Positions 51,842-63,231 of a DNA stretch of 64,000 bases are shown here, piece after piece. Numbering within the stretch: position 1 is the first letter of the stretch; each line of letters starts with the position of its first letter. The position numbers and the translations under genes are program-made. The stretch spans positions 95,978,001 through 96,042,000 of the forward strand of contig NC_045696.1 in assembly GCF_009834535.1 (NCBI RefSeq), in the 5' to 3' direction. Source of the DNA: Camelus ferus (taxonomy: Eukaryota). The notes under the pieces are model-generated. The model was not told the origin of the DNA. It did no database searches and was given only the letters and a program-made list of their open reading frames with translations.

Positions 51842-53369
51842 GTAATGTCAATTTCTACCTATTTCATTACATAAATTTTCAGGTTTGTTTGTGGGAATCC
51901 ACTAGCCACTTGTTTTTTGACTTTTGATTCTCTTAAGTAACTCTCTACTGGACATACCCAGAACTATTTTTTTAGCTGAGAAAATTACCTTCAACCTACT
52001 GTCCCTTTCTTTGCTTACCTAATGATAAGGTGGAAATGCTGTCTCAAATCATACAACATTAAAAATTTTTGTAACCATTATAGGTATAGTGACAAAAATG
52101 ATCATGTGATTAATCCTGTATTAAATTTTAATTCGAGCTAAATTCTAATAATTTCATCTTTCTGTCTATATGAAGATACAACCAATTCAGCATTCAAGTT
52201 ATTTTAAGTGTAGTTTATGGCTAAAGGACAGTTGTTGGTAGATTCCAAAAGAAATCTATTCTATTACAAGGAACACTGAGATTTATAAATTATGAAGGTC
52301 ACTTTTCTTAGGAAAGGGTAATTTCATTACAACCTTTGTATGTTCTGAATTTCAGGCAAAAATTAGGTTTGGATCCCTGGGCTTGCCCCACATTTTGGTA
52401 ACAGACACCAATTTTTCCAGCAAGTTGAGCATATTTCTTCCCTGGTTATGCTCGCCTACCGCCATGGCAGATGTGAGACGGTGGGAAAGGGACCAAGGAA
52501 AGGAGCAGAGGGATGTTCTAAACAGAGCAAAAGCAGATAGCATCAGTGCCTGCAAGGGTCAGCGTGGCCCACTGTGGCGCACGTGCAAGGTTCAAGCCCT
52601 CGCTGCCAGTCAGTTACCATTACTTATGGCCATCATTTGGCAGTGAAGTGTCCAATGTGTCTTTTTTGGCAAGGACTTGAAGACATGTTAGAAGATTTAT
52701 TCTTCCTTTCAGTAGATTATTATATCTCTTAAAAATGTTTTTGAAGGTTTAATAAAATGAAAAACAAACATGTTCAGTGATAAAAATGTTATGAAACTTC
52801 ATTTGATCATATACACACAGATATATACACAGAAACATACACATCTAATATATGAAAGACAGTAAAATGTTACTGATTGTATCTGGGTAGTGGGAGTATG
52901 AGTGATTTTATTTTCTTTATTCCACTTATTTACAGTTTCTAAATTTTTTAGGTTGCACATGTATTTGTTTTATAATCAAGTTTTTAAAAGCTTAGTCTAA
53001 AAGAACCAATGTATAAACAGGAAACTAATATGTGTCTATTTCATTTGTCACAGTATATTCATTATTGTCTCCAAATTCTCTTTTTGATGAGTCTAAGTAA
53101 TAGGGATTGCTGCTTTTCATTAAGAAGTGAGGATCTGTAAAAAAGAATTTGCACAATAACAAATACCCACTTGATCACAAAGGTCCACATGAGGCCAGAA
53201 CACACTGTGGCTTTGTAAAGAGTAAGCTTTACCAGAAAAGCTGTGAATGAAATCGGCCCCTTATGACCTTTCAGGAAGGTGTCCCAGATTACCAGAGTGA
53301 CTGTGTGTGGTCACACTGGAACTTTGCTCAAACAGTATTTATAACTCTGAGGTGTGATGTTTTTTCAGG

Positions 53370-53563
53370 ATGAAGGTGGAAGGCAGGGGAATCACTAACT
53401 TACTGGTCTCCTTTGCTGGGATCTGCCTGGCGGCTGCCCCTGGGGGCAAGGCCTGTCCTCGCCGCTGTGCCTGTTACGTGCCTACAGAGGTGCACTGCAC
53501 ATTTCGGTACCTGACCTCTATCCCTGACAGCATCCCGCCCAGTGTGGAACGCATCAACTTAGG
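53370..53563 (+). CDS. IGSF10: IGSF10 coding exon 1 (signal peptide and LRR N-terminal cap)
   Basis: Translates to MKVEGRGITNLLVSFAGICLAAAPGGKACPRRCACYVPTEVHCTFRYLTSIPDSIPPSVERINLG, recognisable as the IGSF10 N-terminus. Acceptor tttttcAG at 53367-53368 sits one base before the ATG. Donor GG|gtacgt at 53564. 194 coding nt, phase 2. Confidence 0.96.
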
Positions 53564-54904
53564 GTACGTGGGGGCCCTTGATCCCTTCTCAAGGAGGGAT
53601 TGATTACCCTGGTGACTCATCCCCCAAACACTTGTGACTTTGGGAGATTAACCAGTTATTTTAGCAATATTTCTCTTCTGAAATAAGTGCAAGAGAATCT
53701 TAAGCTTGTTAGGGGCAGTAAGAAAATTTTTCCCGATAAACTGTTACTAGGAGAAGAGTTCTCCTAGGACCTGATGTCACACTTGGTAAGTTGAGAGACT
53801 CATGATTATAGAAAAGTTTCATTCTGGCTACACGTCTGCGAAACATCTAATACAGCTCCAGCTGAGAATTAAGGATGTATCAGTGGGGAATAACAGGACA
53901 ACAGGAAGTGTCCTCCTGTATATAAAAGATATGTATGAAAAGTCAGCTGGATTATTTTTAAGGCCCTTGGACTTTTCCCCATACAAACTGACTTACTAAA
54001 AATACTTTAAAAATGAATACCTAATTAAATCTGTTAAAAGGCAACTATATTTTAAAGCTGCACGAAAAGCTGTGTGTGTGAATGCACATGCCAGTGGACT
54101 TAACATCATTTGACATTAGCACCTACTATGTGCCAAACACAATGATGGTACCAGGGATACAACGATGAACAGGATACAGTGGTCACTAACAGAAGCCGTT
54201 GTTAAAGGGAGAGGACAGGTGTACAGTCAGTACAACTTGGTAACTGTAAGAGAGCATATAAAGTGCCCTGGGAACAATCAATAATTCTAATAGCGAACAT
54301 TCTTCATTGTGTCCTGGCATTGAGTGAAGCACTCTTCATGTATTCATTCATTTAATCCTCCTAACCCCTTTGGAGTAGAGTCCATTATTTGCATTTTACG
54401 GACAAGGAAACTGTGGCACAGAAAGGTTGCTGATTTTACCCAGGGTGGGCAGCATTCCCAGATGCCTGAGTTCATAATCGTACCCGAAACCTTTAGCTTC
54501 AGAGCCCAGGTTTCTTAACCACTGTTTCATGATGATAAAGTCCGCTTGGAAGAACAAGGGGCCGTGTCATTAGGGAACAGTGTTCACAAATAGAGCCAGA
54601 GTCAAGGGCATTCCAACCTGAAAGAATAGCATATGCACAAAGGTTTGAAAATGGGAAGGGATGTGGCATGTTCCAGGAATATGAATGGGGTGACTGTAAC
54701 TGAGACTGCACAGGTTGGGTAGAGCATTGACCTTCCGTGGCGTCTGATGAATTTCAGTAATATTTCAAGCATTGGATTATCTCCTTACAGCACAGGGGGA
54801 AAAGAGGGATTCAGCTTTTATGTGTGTGTGTGTGTGTTGGGTTTTTCTTTGACATTTGAACTTTAGTTAACAGACTTATGCCTAGGATGACGTTTTTATT
54901 TCAG

Positions 54905-55034
54905 GTACAACAGTTTGGTTAGATTGATGGAAACGGATTTTTCTGGCCTGAACAAGTTGGAGCTACTAATGCTGCACAGCAATGGCATCCACACAATCCC
55001 TGCTAAGACCTTCTCTGACTTGCAGGCCTTGCAG
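54905..55034 (+). CDS. IGSF10: IGSF10 coding exon 2 (LRRs)
   Basis: Acceptor ttttatttcAG ends 54904. Reads (G)YNSLVRLMETDFSGLNKLELLMLHSNGIHTIPAKTFSDLQALQ. Donor CAG|gtgagg. 130 nt, cumulative 324 nt, phase 0. Confidence 0.96.
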
Positions 55035-56244
55035 GTGAGGCTGGTGTGGGGAAGGGGCTGGTTAACGAGGCGAGATGTGCCTCCAAAAGCCACCTGTTCC
55101 AAGAGAATCCACGTTCTGTAATGTAGTAGACATCAAGAGAAAATGTCAAAAACCTAATTTTTTCAGTGCAACACTATGTGGTATTAGAATAATAAGAAAA
55201 TTCTGATTTTCTCACACTTCAGGCTCATAGAAAGTAAAAAGAAAAAACAAACAAAAAAAACCCCCCAAAGCCCAGGAATTACTAAACCTTTAAAATGTAA
55301 CCCTGAAAGGCTACTTCCACTCTTGTTCACCTGGGTACTGAATGTAGTTTCTAAAAATAATTTTCTTTACACAGAAGTTAGCTCTCTATAAGGCAGTAAT
55401 ATACTTTTTTAAGTTTCACTTTATTTATTTATGCATTGCCTGGTTCAAAAAAAAATTAATGTTATGGGGACTTCTAAGAATGCATCAAATAGTGTAAGAA
55501 TCACCACTCCAGTAGGTGAGGAAGTAAAAGGCAGAAGAAATGTTAGGAACAAGGACAAAGGGAGTGCAGGGAAATGCAGACATAAAGATCAGTATGTGCT
55601 GTAGGCAGGACTTGAGGCTTTTGAGAACCTAACTCAATTTATGATGTCTATTAATTTTGTAATAAATTAAAACTACTGTTCAGGAAAAGTACAATCACAT
55701 CTGATTTTAAACTAGAAAAAAAATATCTCCCAAAGCTCATAAAACAGTGTAATAAAATTAAGTAATTTCTACCCTTAGATAAAATGCCAGGGTGCAGAGA
55801 GCCTTTTCACATCATACCAGGCCTGTGTAAAGCCATAGATTTAAGTCTAGATATGTGATTCTGTTGATTTGGCTTTATCAGACTTTATTTGGAATATATG
55901 TCTTCAGAGGACTAGATGGAATACATATCCTTCATGGAATTCACACATACTTGTTTTCTTGACCAGGTTTTCAGTAGATATTGATGAACATTGAGTCTGG
56001 TAATATTTGGGGCAAAGCTGTTCCATGTTGCCAATTTAAATTTTCTTTGCTTATTAGGAAACTTGGCATTCCAGAAAAGCATTCTCAACAGAGATGACAG
56101 ATTAGGTCAAATCAGGAAAATATGATGAGAAATCATTGTTTTTACTAGCATTTCTTTTTCTTTTCTTTTTGGGAGAAAGAACTGGAGAATACTCACACAC
56201 TATTGAAATATTCAAAAATTATTTTAATTTCAATTCAAAATTGA

Positions 56245-57225
56245 CTATAACTGTATTACTCATAATAGCCAAAAAGTAGGTAACACCCCAAATGCCCATC
56301 AACCCATAAGTGGATAAACAGAGTATTTTTCCTATGTACACAATGGAATGCTATTCAGCAATGAGAAGTAATGGAAGGCTGACACATTTTACAGAAGGAT
56401 TGGTCTTGAAAATATTAGGCTAACTGAAAACAGCCAGGCACAAAGACCACGTATCATATCATTATTTTAAATGCTGAGAAATAGACCTAGAAAACTGCTA
56501 ACTTTGTTTCTGTGGATTTGCCTAAGAGGAGAGGGGAAATGACTGCTGACGGGTATCAGTTTTTATTTGGGGGTGATGAAAATGTTCTAAAATTAGATGG
56601 TGGAGATGGTTGCACAAGTCTGTGAGTATACTAACAGCCACCGACTTACACTGTTTTAAAAGGTAAACTTTATGGCATGTGAATTATATGTCAAAAATGT
56701 GAAAGATAAAATCAGTATAATTATGAAAAATTCAGGTTCAAGAAATCTTAAATTGAACTATCTTAAATTTACTTGAAAAAATAAGATACTTTTGTATCTG
56801 GTTGAAAATTTCCACAATAGGATTTTTCAAAAGCATACCATTTAAAGAGGTAGAATAATATAGTAAACCCCAGCGTAGCACCACCCAGCTTCAGTAGTTA
56901 TCAACACGTAACAGATCCTATTTGACCTGTACCTCCACCCACTACTGTTCCACTTCACTGTATTGTTTTGAAACAAATCCAAGACACCATAATGTTTCAT
57001 CTGTAAGTACTTCAATATGTACCTCAAAGTTAAGGAATCTTTTAAAAAATAACCACAATCTCATTATTGTATGTTAAATCATAGCAGTAATTCCTCAGTT
57101 ATCATCAAATATTCATGAATGTTCTAATTTCCCTCATATTCTTATATTTAATTTACAACTAGTTTGTTTAAGTTAGGATTGAAACCAGGTACACATACTG
57201 CATTGGATTAATCTCAGTGTATGTT
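56245..57225. mobile_element. Two old L1 3'-end fragments in opposite orientation in an IGSF10 intron
   Basis: Plus: tattactcataatagccaaaaagtagg...ggggtgatgaaaatgttctaaaattagat. Minus: ~56820-57225. Confidence 0.65.
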
Positions 57226-57296
57226 TTATTATTGATATAATTTTCCCTTTTGTGATAACTCCTTTGACAAAATAAGCATGTTCTTTTTATTCTTAG

Positions 57297-57688
57297 GTCT
57301 TAAAAATGAGCTATAACAAAGTTCGAAAACTTCAGAAGGACACTTTTTATGGTCTCTGGAGCTTGACACGGTTGCATATGGATCACAACAATATTGAATT
57401 TATAAACCCAGAGGTTTTTTATGGACTCACCTCTCTCCGACTGGTACAGTTGGAAGGAAACCAGCTCACTAAGCTCCATCCAGATACATTTGTCTCTTTA
57501 CGTTACCTCCGGATATTTAAAACATCTTTCATTAAGTACTTATACTTGTCTGATAACTTTCTGAGCTCCCTCCCTCAAGAGGCGGTCTCCTATATGCCTG
57601 ATCTGGAAAGCCTTTATCTTCACTGGGAATCCCTGGACCTGCGACTGTCATTTGAAATGGTTGTCTGACTGGATACAGGAGAAGCCAG
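57297..57688 (+). CDS. IGSF10: IGSF10 coding exon 3 (LRRs and start of LRR C-terminal cap), with a +1 frameshift at 57623/57624
   Basis: Acceptor ttattcttAG ends 57296. Reads VLKMSYNKVRKLQKDTFYGL...LESLYLH; the expected GNPWTCDCHLKWLSDWIQEKP follows only in the +1 frame. Donor CCAG|gtatct at 57689. Length is 392 nt (3n+2), but 3n+1 is needed to join exon 4 in frame. Confidence 0.95.
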
Positions 57689-58129
57689 GTATCTAGACCG
57701 TTTCTTTCGTTGTCCTAATTTAATAGAAGAAATCTGCCTGGAGATGTTTTATGAGTGGGTAGGGAGGCCAAGGTAGTTTAGCTGGAAAGAAAGTGAAGTT
57801 TAAATAATAATGCAGTGAGAATGAACTGTCTCAATTCAAGAATGAATTAATCTTTCATTGTTTCAGGTCAACTAGCCTCCTGGCTTTTGGCAAAAGTGGA
57901 AATAGAGAAATATGTGCATTACTCTTCCCATGAACCATAAGAATCCTTCCCTCTTATCTTCCTCTTAGTTATTCAGTCAATGCATGTTTTTTGGAGTTCT
58001 GTTCAAGGCCCTGTGCTCAGTGGTGGGACTACCGAGAGCTCTGCTCTAACCATGTTTCTGGTGGGACACAGAGAAGCAGCAGTCAGTGTGAAAGGTGCTG
58101 TGTCGGGGAAAGTAGGATTTGCCATGAAG

Positions 58130-58470
58130 GGTTGATTTACAAGTTTCTGGTGTACAGACAGTGATTCATTTATACGTTTATATGATTTTTCATATTTTTT
58201 ATTATGGGTTGTCACAAGATATTGAATATACTTCGCCATGCTATACAGTAGGACCTTGTTGTTTATCTATTTTGTATACAGTAGTTTGAATCTGCTAATC
58301 CCAAACTCCTAATTTATCCCTCCCCGCTTTCCCCCTTGATAACTGTAAATTTGTTCTGCAGCAACATGGATGGACCTAGAGATTATCATATTAAGTGAAG
58401 TAAGTCAGACAGAGAAAGACAAATATATGATTTCACTTACATGCGGAATCTAAAAAAATGACACAAATGT
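58130..58470 (-). mobile_element. Short L1 3' fragment with an inverted 5' segment
   Basis: Antisense 3'UTR at 58130-58357 joined to sense gcagcaacatggatggacctagagattatc at 58359-58470. Confidence 0.7.
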
Positions 58471-58894
58471 AAATGGAGCAGCCACTGACTGCTCAGCACT
58501 CACCCTCCTGGGAAGCCTGGCTGCTCCTCTGCTTCTGAATAATCATTTCACCACTTCCCCAGCTTGTCCACACTTCAATCTTCAATGGGTAACATTCATT
58601 ATATTTATTAAATGTCTGTTGCCTTTCCTATGTCTAATTTATCTATCTCGATCCCCTAGAATGTGCCTAGAGCATATTGGTACTGAGTAATTTTCGTTAA
58701 ACTAAGCTTTTATTAAATAGCCATCTTGCTGGTGACAACAAACAAGTCCACGAGCCACTTATGGTCTTAACTGTGTGATATATGTGTGTATATGTATGTG
58801 ACATATATATGTGTGTATGTGTATGTATAAATGAGCCAAACCCATTAGGGCTAACATTTCTCAGTGTGTCTAAATAATCAAATATCCTTTGAGA

Positions 58895-59465
58895 TGCCTT
58901 AAGGATCATTCTATGAGACTCATGAATCAGTCACATCAACTTCTGTTTTGAAATTTTTTTCATCTACTCCAAGAGGTTGACACTTTCTCTTACCTTCCGT
59001 TGCCTCACTTGGCACTCCCTTCGCACGCATCTCAGGAGTCAGGTGCAACGCAGCTTCATCTATTTGTGGGTATTTTCCGTTCTTAGGTTTGGCAAAGCCC
59101 TAGGTGTTGCTTTTGTATCAAATATGAATTTGTGACTATTTCTCTGACAAACATTTGTTTCACAATTTTAAATTTGTCTTACTGCTGTTTCCAAGCCTGC
59201 CTGTATACATAATAACTTCTTATTTTAATGCCAAAGAAAAATGTAATTTTAATGAAAAACACTTTAAGCGGCAAACTTAATATATGTAATGCCAACAGCG
59301 CATGTAACTCAGTTGAAGAGAAAACAATGTGGATAAATGGCTATGACAGTACTTGTGTGTGTGCAGGCAGTGATAGCTATATCAAGACTGCCAGCGGGTC
59401 ATCTGCTACTGAAAATGCCTTCAGTTGTAAGACACATCTTAATTTGTAAGTTAAAATGTGGAAGA
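58895..59465 (-). mobile_element. TcMar (Tc2/Kanga-like) DNA transposon relic
   Basis: The reverse complement resembles a decayed pogo/Tc2 transposase N-terminus (ggaaacag...cctaagaacggaaaatacccacaaatagatgaagctgcg, i.e. PK.G.YPQIDEA). The end ttgtaagacacatc...gttaaaatgtg looks like a Kanga terminus. Family name from recall. Confidence 0.55.
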
Positions 59466-61037
59466 AATAGGCTCTCAGATTTAGACTGTCCTTTCTTCTT
59501 CCAATCTTTCCTGACCGTCCACTGGCCAGGACTAGGAACATATAGATGAAGAGTACTGAACAGTATGGGGCTTAGTCTTGTGCGAGACAGACAGCTAGAC
59601 AAGTCATTCTACTAGTGGGTGGGGAGGGCTAGGAAGAAGTGGAAGGTACCAGGAGAACACAAAGCAGGGAGCCCGCGCAGCAGCAGTGCTCTTGCGGCTG
59701 GGTCGTGGAGGAGCTGAGCAGCTAGGCAGTGACGGAAGAGGGTGTGTCAGACAGCGAGTGCATTGGAAGTACGAGGAGTAGCCTCCGGCGGAGCCTGATA
59801 GGGCATGGCGGGGCTGAGGAATGGAAGGCACTTCTGCGGGAATGAAACCTAGTGTGATGGAGAGAATGGAAAGAACGTGATCAGATTTGCATCTGAGGTA
59901 AAATACCTGATGTCCAGGGCCTAGCAATAATCAAACCAAGATGTGAGTCTAATTCTGTGATGAGGTTTAATTAAGCCAGGAGTCCGTCATGTTCCTTGCA
60001 ATAGCAGGGCCTGAGCCCAGGGTACTGGTTAAGTGGGTGGTTGAGAAGAGCCTCTCATGAGCGCTCACAGAGGTTTGCAGGCTTGCCAGCTACCTCCTCT
60101 GTGTAAGTTGAGACTTTAAAATGTGCTGAAGAATGCTGAGTAGCCAGATACGTGTAGCATTACCTGTCGCACTAAGTGCACAGATGGGAAGGTGATTTGA
60201 CCCTGTCCAGCCACTGTAGCAAATGAAATCTTCTAAGTAGTGCAGTGCTTCTTTTAAATGCTGTGTCTAATGCATGATATGGGAGCTACTACATGGAACA
60301 GCGTGGAAGTCCCTGGCTGCATTTTGTAAGGTAAAATCCTCTACCTCTTATCAAGTATTTCAGTGACCAGTCATTTTAAATAGTTTCACCAGAGCAGTAT
60401 ATTTAAATGAATGGGGACATGATATCTGAAATGCCTGAAAGAGGAGGTTTCTATGATTTGGAAAGGCTTAGGATGCTTCTTGAGTTAAAAGACTTTTCAG
60501 GCTTCTGACTTCACCAAAACGGCAGACCTTTAATGGGCTGCCCTGTTGCTTGGGCACAATGTTCTTCCTTTCCCATCAAAACTGATCCTCCTCCAGTGAG
60601 TCTGTCTCAACCAATCCAGTTACCAAACTTAAGACTGTGTCTCCCTACACTCTTCTCAATCACCCTCTGTGTTCAACCACATCTTCATTCTTATTGGTTC
60701 TACCAGCTTCATTATCTCCTGTATCCATCTCATCCTCTTCATCCTGTTGTATTACATATGTTAAGTTTGCCACTTAAAATGTTATTACACCCTACTTTGG
60801 CATTAAAATAAGAAGTTATTATGTATATAGGAAGACCTGGAAACAGAGCAGCAGAACATAAATTTAATATTTATGAAACAAATGTTTGTCAGCAAAATGG
60901 CCACAAATCCATATTTCACAGAAAAGCAACACGTAGAGCTTTATGGAACCTAAGAATGGAAGGTACCTACAACTAGATGAAGCTGTGTTACACCTGACTA
61001 CTGAGGTATGGCAAATGAAGGTATGAGAACCTCTTGG

Positions 61038-62481
61038 CCTTTCTTTTGTTGATGTGGTGTATCATGTTGACTGACTTGCATATGTTGAATCATCCTTGTG
61101 TCCCTGGGGTGAACCCAACTTGATCATGGTGTATAATCTTTTTTGTGTTGTTGGATTCTGTTTGCTAATATTTTGTCGAGAATTTTTTGCATCTATATTC
61201 AACAATATTGGCCTGTAATATTCTCTTTTGATGGTGGCTTTGGTATCAGGGTGATGGTGGCTTCATAGAATGAGTTTGGGAATATTCCCTCCTCTTCAGT
61301 CTTTTGGAAGAGTTTGAGAAGGATCAGTACGAGCTCTTCTTTTGTATGTTTGGTAGAATTCCCCAGTGAAGCCATCTGGTCCTGGATTTTTGTTTACAGG
61401 TAAGTTTTTATTTCATTTCTAGTGATCAGTCTGTTCAAATTAATCTGTTTCTTCTTGATTCAGTTTTGGTGGACTGTATGTTTCCAGAAACTTGTCCATT
61501 TCTTCTAGGTTGTCCAATTTGTTGCCATATAGTTGTTCATTGTATTCTTATGGTTTTTGGTATTTCTGTGATGTTGGTTGTAATTTTTCCATTTTCCTTT
61601 CTTATTTTATCTCTCTTTTCTTCTTGGTGAGCCTGGCCAGAGGTTTGTCAATTTTGTTTACTATTTCAAAAACCCAGCTCTTGGTTTGATTCTTATGTAT
61701 TTATTATTTCTTTCCTTCTGCTGACTTTAGGTATTGTTAGTTCTTTTTTCTAATTCTTTTAGGTGGTAGATTAGGTTATTTGTGATTGTTCTTGTTTTGT
61801 TTTTTTTTTTTTTTTTTGGAGGAAGACCTGTATCGCTGTCAACTTCCCTCTTAGGACTGTTTTTGCTGCATCCCATAAATTTTGTGTCATTGTGGTCAGA
61901 ATAGATGCTTGAAATAATTTCTATCCTCTTAAATTTCTTGAGGCTTCTTTTGTATCTGAATGTGGTCTATCCTAGAGAATGTTCCATGCAAACTTGAAAA
62001 GAATGGATATTCTGGTTTTTTGGACTGTGATGTCCTAAAAGTATCAACTAAGTCCAACTGTTCTATTATGTCATTTAGTATCTCCATTGCCTTATTGATT
62101 TCCTGTCTAGAACATCTATCCAGTGATGTTAGTGAGGTGTTAAAGTCTACTATTATTGTGTCCCCATTTCAATTTCTCCCTTTATGTCTGTTAGTATTTG
62201 TTTTATATATTTAGGTGCTCCTGTATTGGGTGCATATATGTTAATGAGTGTAATATTCTCTTCATTATATATTGCTCCTTTGATCATTATATATTGTCCT
62301 CTTTTATCTTCTTTATGGCCTTTTTTTAAAGTCTATTTTGTCTGATTTGAGTATTGCTACCCCTGCTTTCTTGTCACTTCCATTTGCATGAAATATCTTT
62401 TTTTATCCTCTCACTTTGAATCTGTGTGTCCGTCACTCAGTCTCTTGTGGGCAGCATATAGGTAGGCTCTTGTTTTATTAT
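61038..62481 (-). mobile_element. Internal L1 ORF2 fragment inserted into arm B of the inverted repeat
   Basis: Antisense ORF2 motifs (gaattccccagtgaagccatctggtcctgga). Flanked by CTCTTGG at 61031-61037 and 62482-62488. Confidence 0.88.
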
Positions 62482-63231
62482 CTCTTGGGATAGATGAAAG
62501 AAATTTCAAAGTAGAAGTTGATGTGACTGATTAAATCTCGTAGAATGATCATAAGGCATTTCAGTCAAAAGAGAACACTTGATTATTTAGACATGACAGA
62601 AATGTTGGCCCTAATGGGTTTGGCTAATTATTATGCACACGCACAATTAAGACCATAAGTGAATGGTGGACTCATTTGGTATTCACCATCAAAAGGCTGA
62701 CTTGCAACTAAGCTAGACCAGGCCAAGATACGGTATCATTCATTCATGGCTCTTTCGGTAATAGAGAGAAACTTGGGATTTTCATTATGTCCAAGGACTT
62801 ATAAATGGTAATTTATCAAACAGGTTATCTCTTCAAGGACAGCAAAGTTCTCTGAGTCTTAAAACATTAAAATGGAGAAACAGAACTAAATAACAGATAA
62901 ATTAATAAAAGGTGACAAACATAAGCATATCATTTAGTTTCCTTAGATAAGGAAACTAACCAATATTTACTGAGTGCCAAATGTATAGCAGTGCTTTCTA
63001 GGCATGGGAAATACAGCAGTGAACCAACCAAAATCATTGTGCTTATGGATATAATATTATGACTGGGTATATAGACAATATCACTTTTACAAATCAACCC
63101 AAAGACAAAAAAAAAGTAGGAGACTTTCTATCGAACACTAAAATTTTCTAATTGTTTTAAATTCTATCAAAAGCTATTTATCCAAAATGTTCAAATGTTT
63201 ATTCATAAAGCCCAACTGTCCTCTTTTCTAG

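Larger units (their letters stand above)
58719..62698. repeat. Long inverted repeat: arm A 58719-59298; arm B 60744-61037 plus 62482-62698
   Basis: 33/33 reverse-complement match between 59204-59236 and 60795-60827, plus many collinear matched blocks, e.g. gccctaatgggtttggct, gaagttgatgtgactgatt and taagaccataagtg. Confidence 0.93.

Noticed and set aside
57306..57668. Standalone 120-aa LRR protein from the ORF track
   Set aside because: It is IGSF10 exon 3 read from an internal Met and ending at the frameshift-induced stop.
59299..60743. Back-splicing/circRNA driven by the inverted repeat
   Set aside because: Both arms lie in the same intron and I found no supported exon between them.
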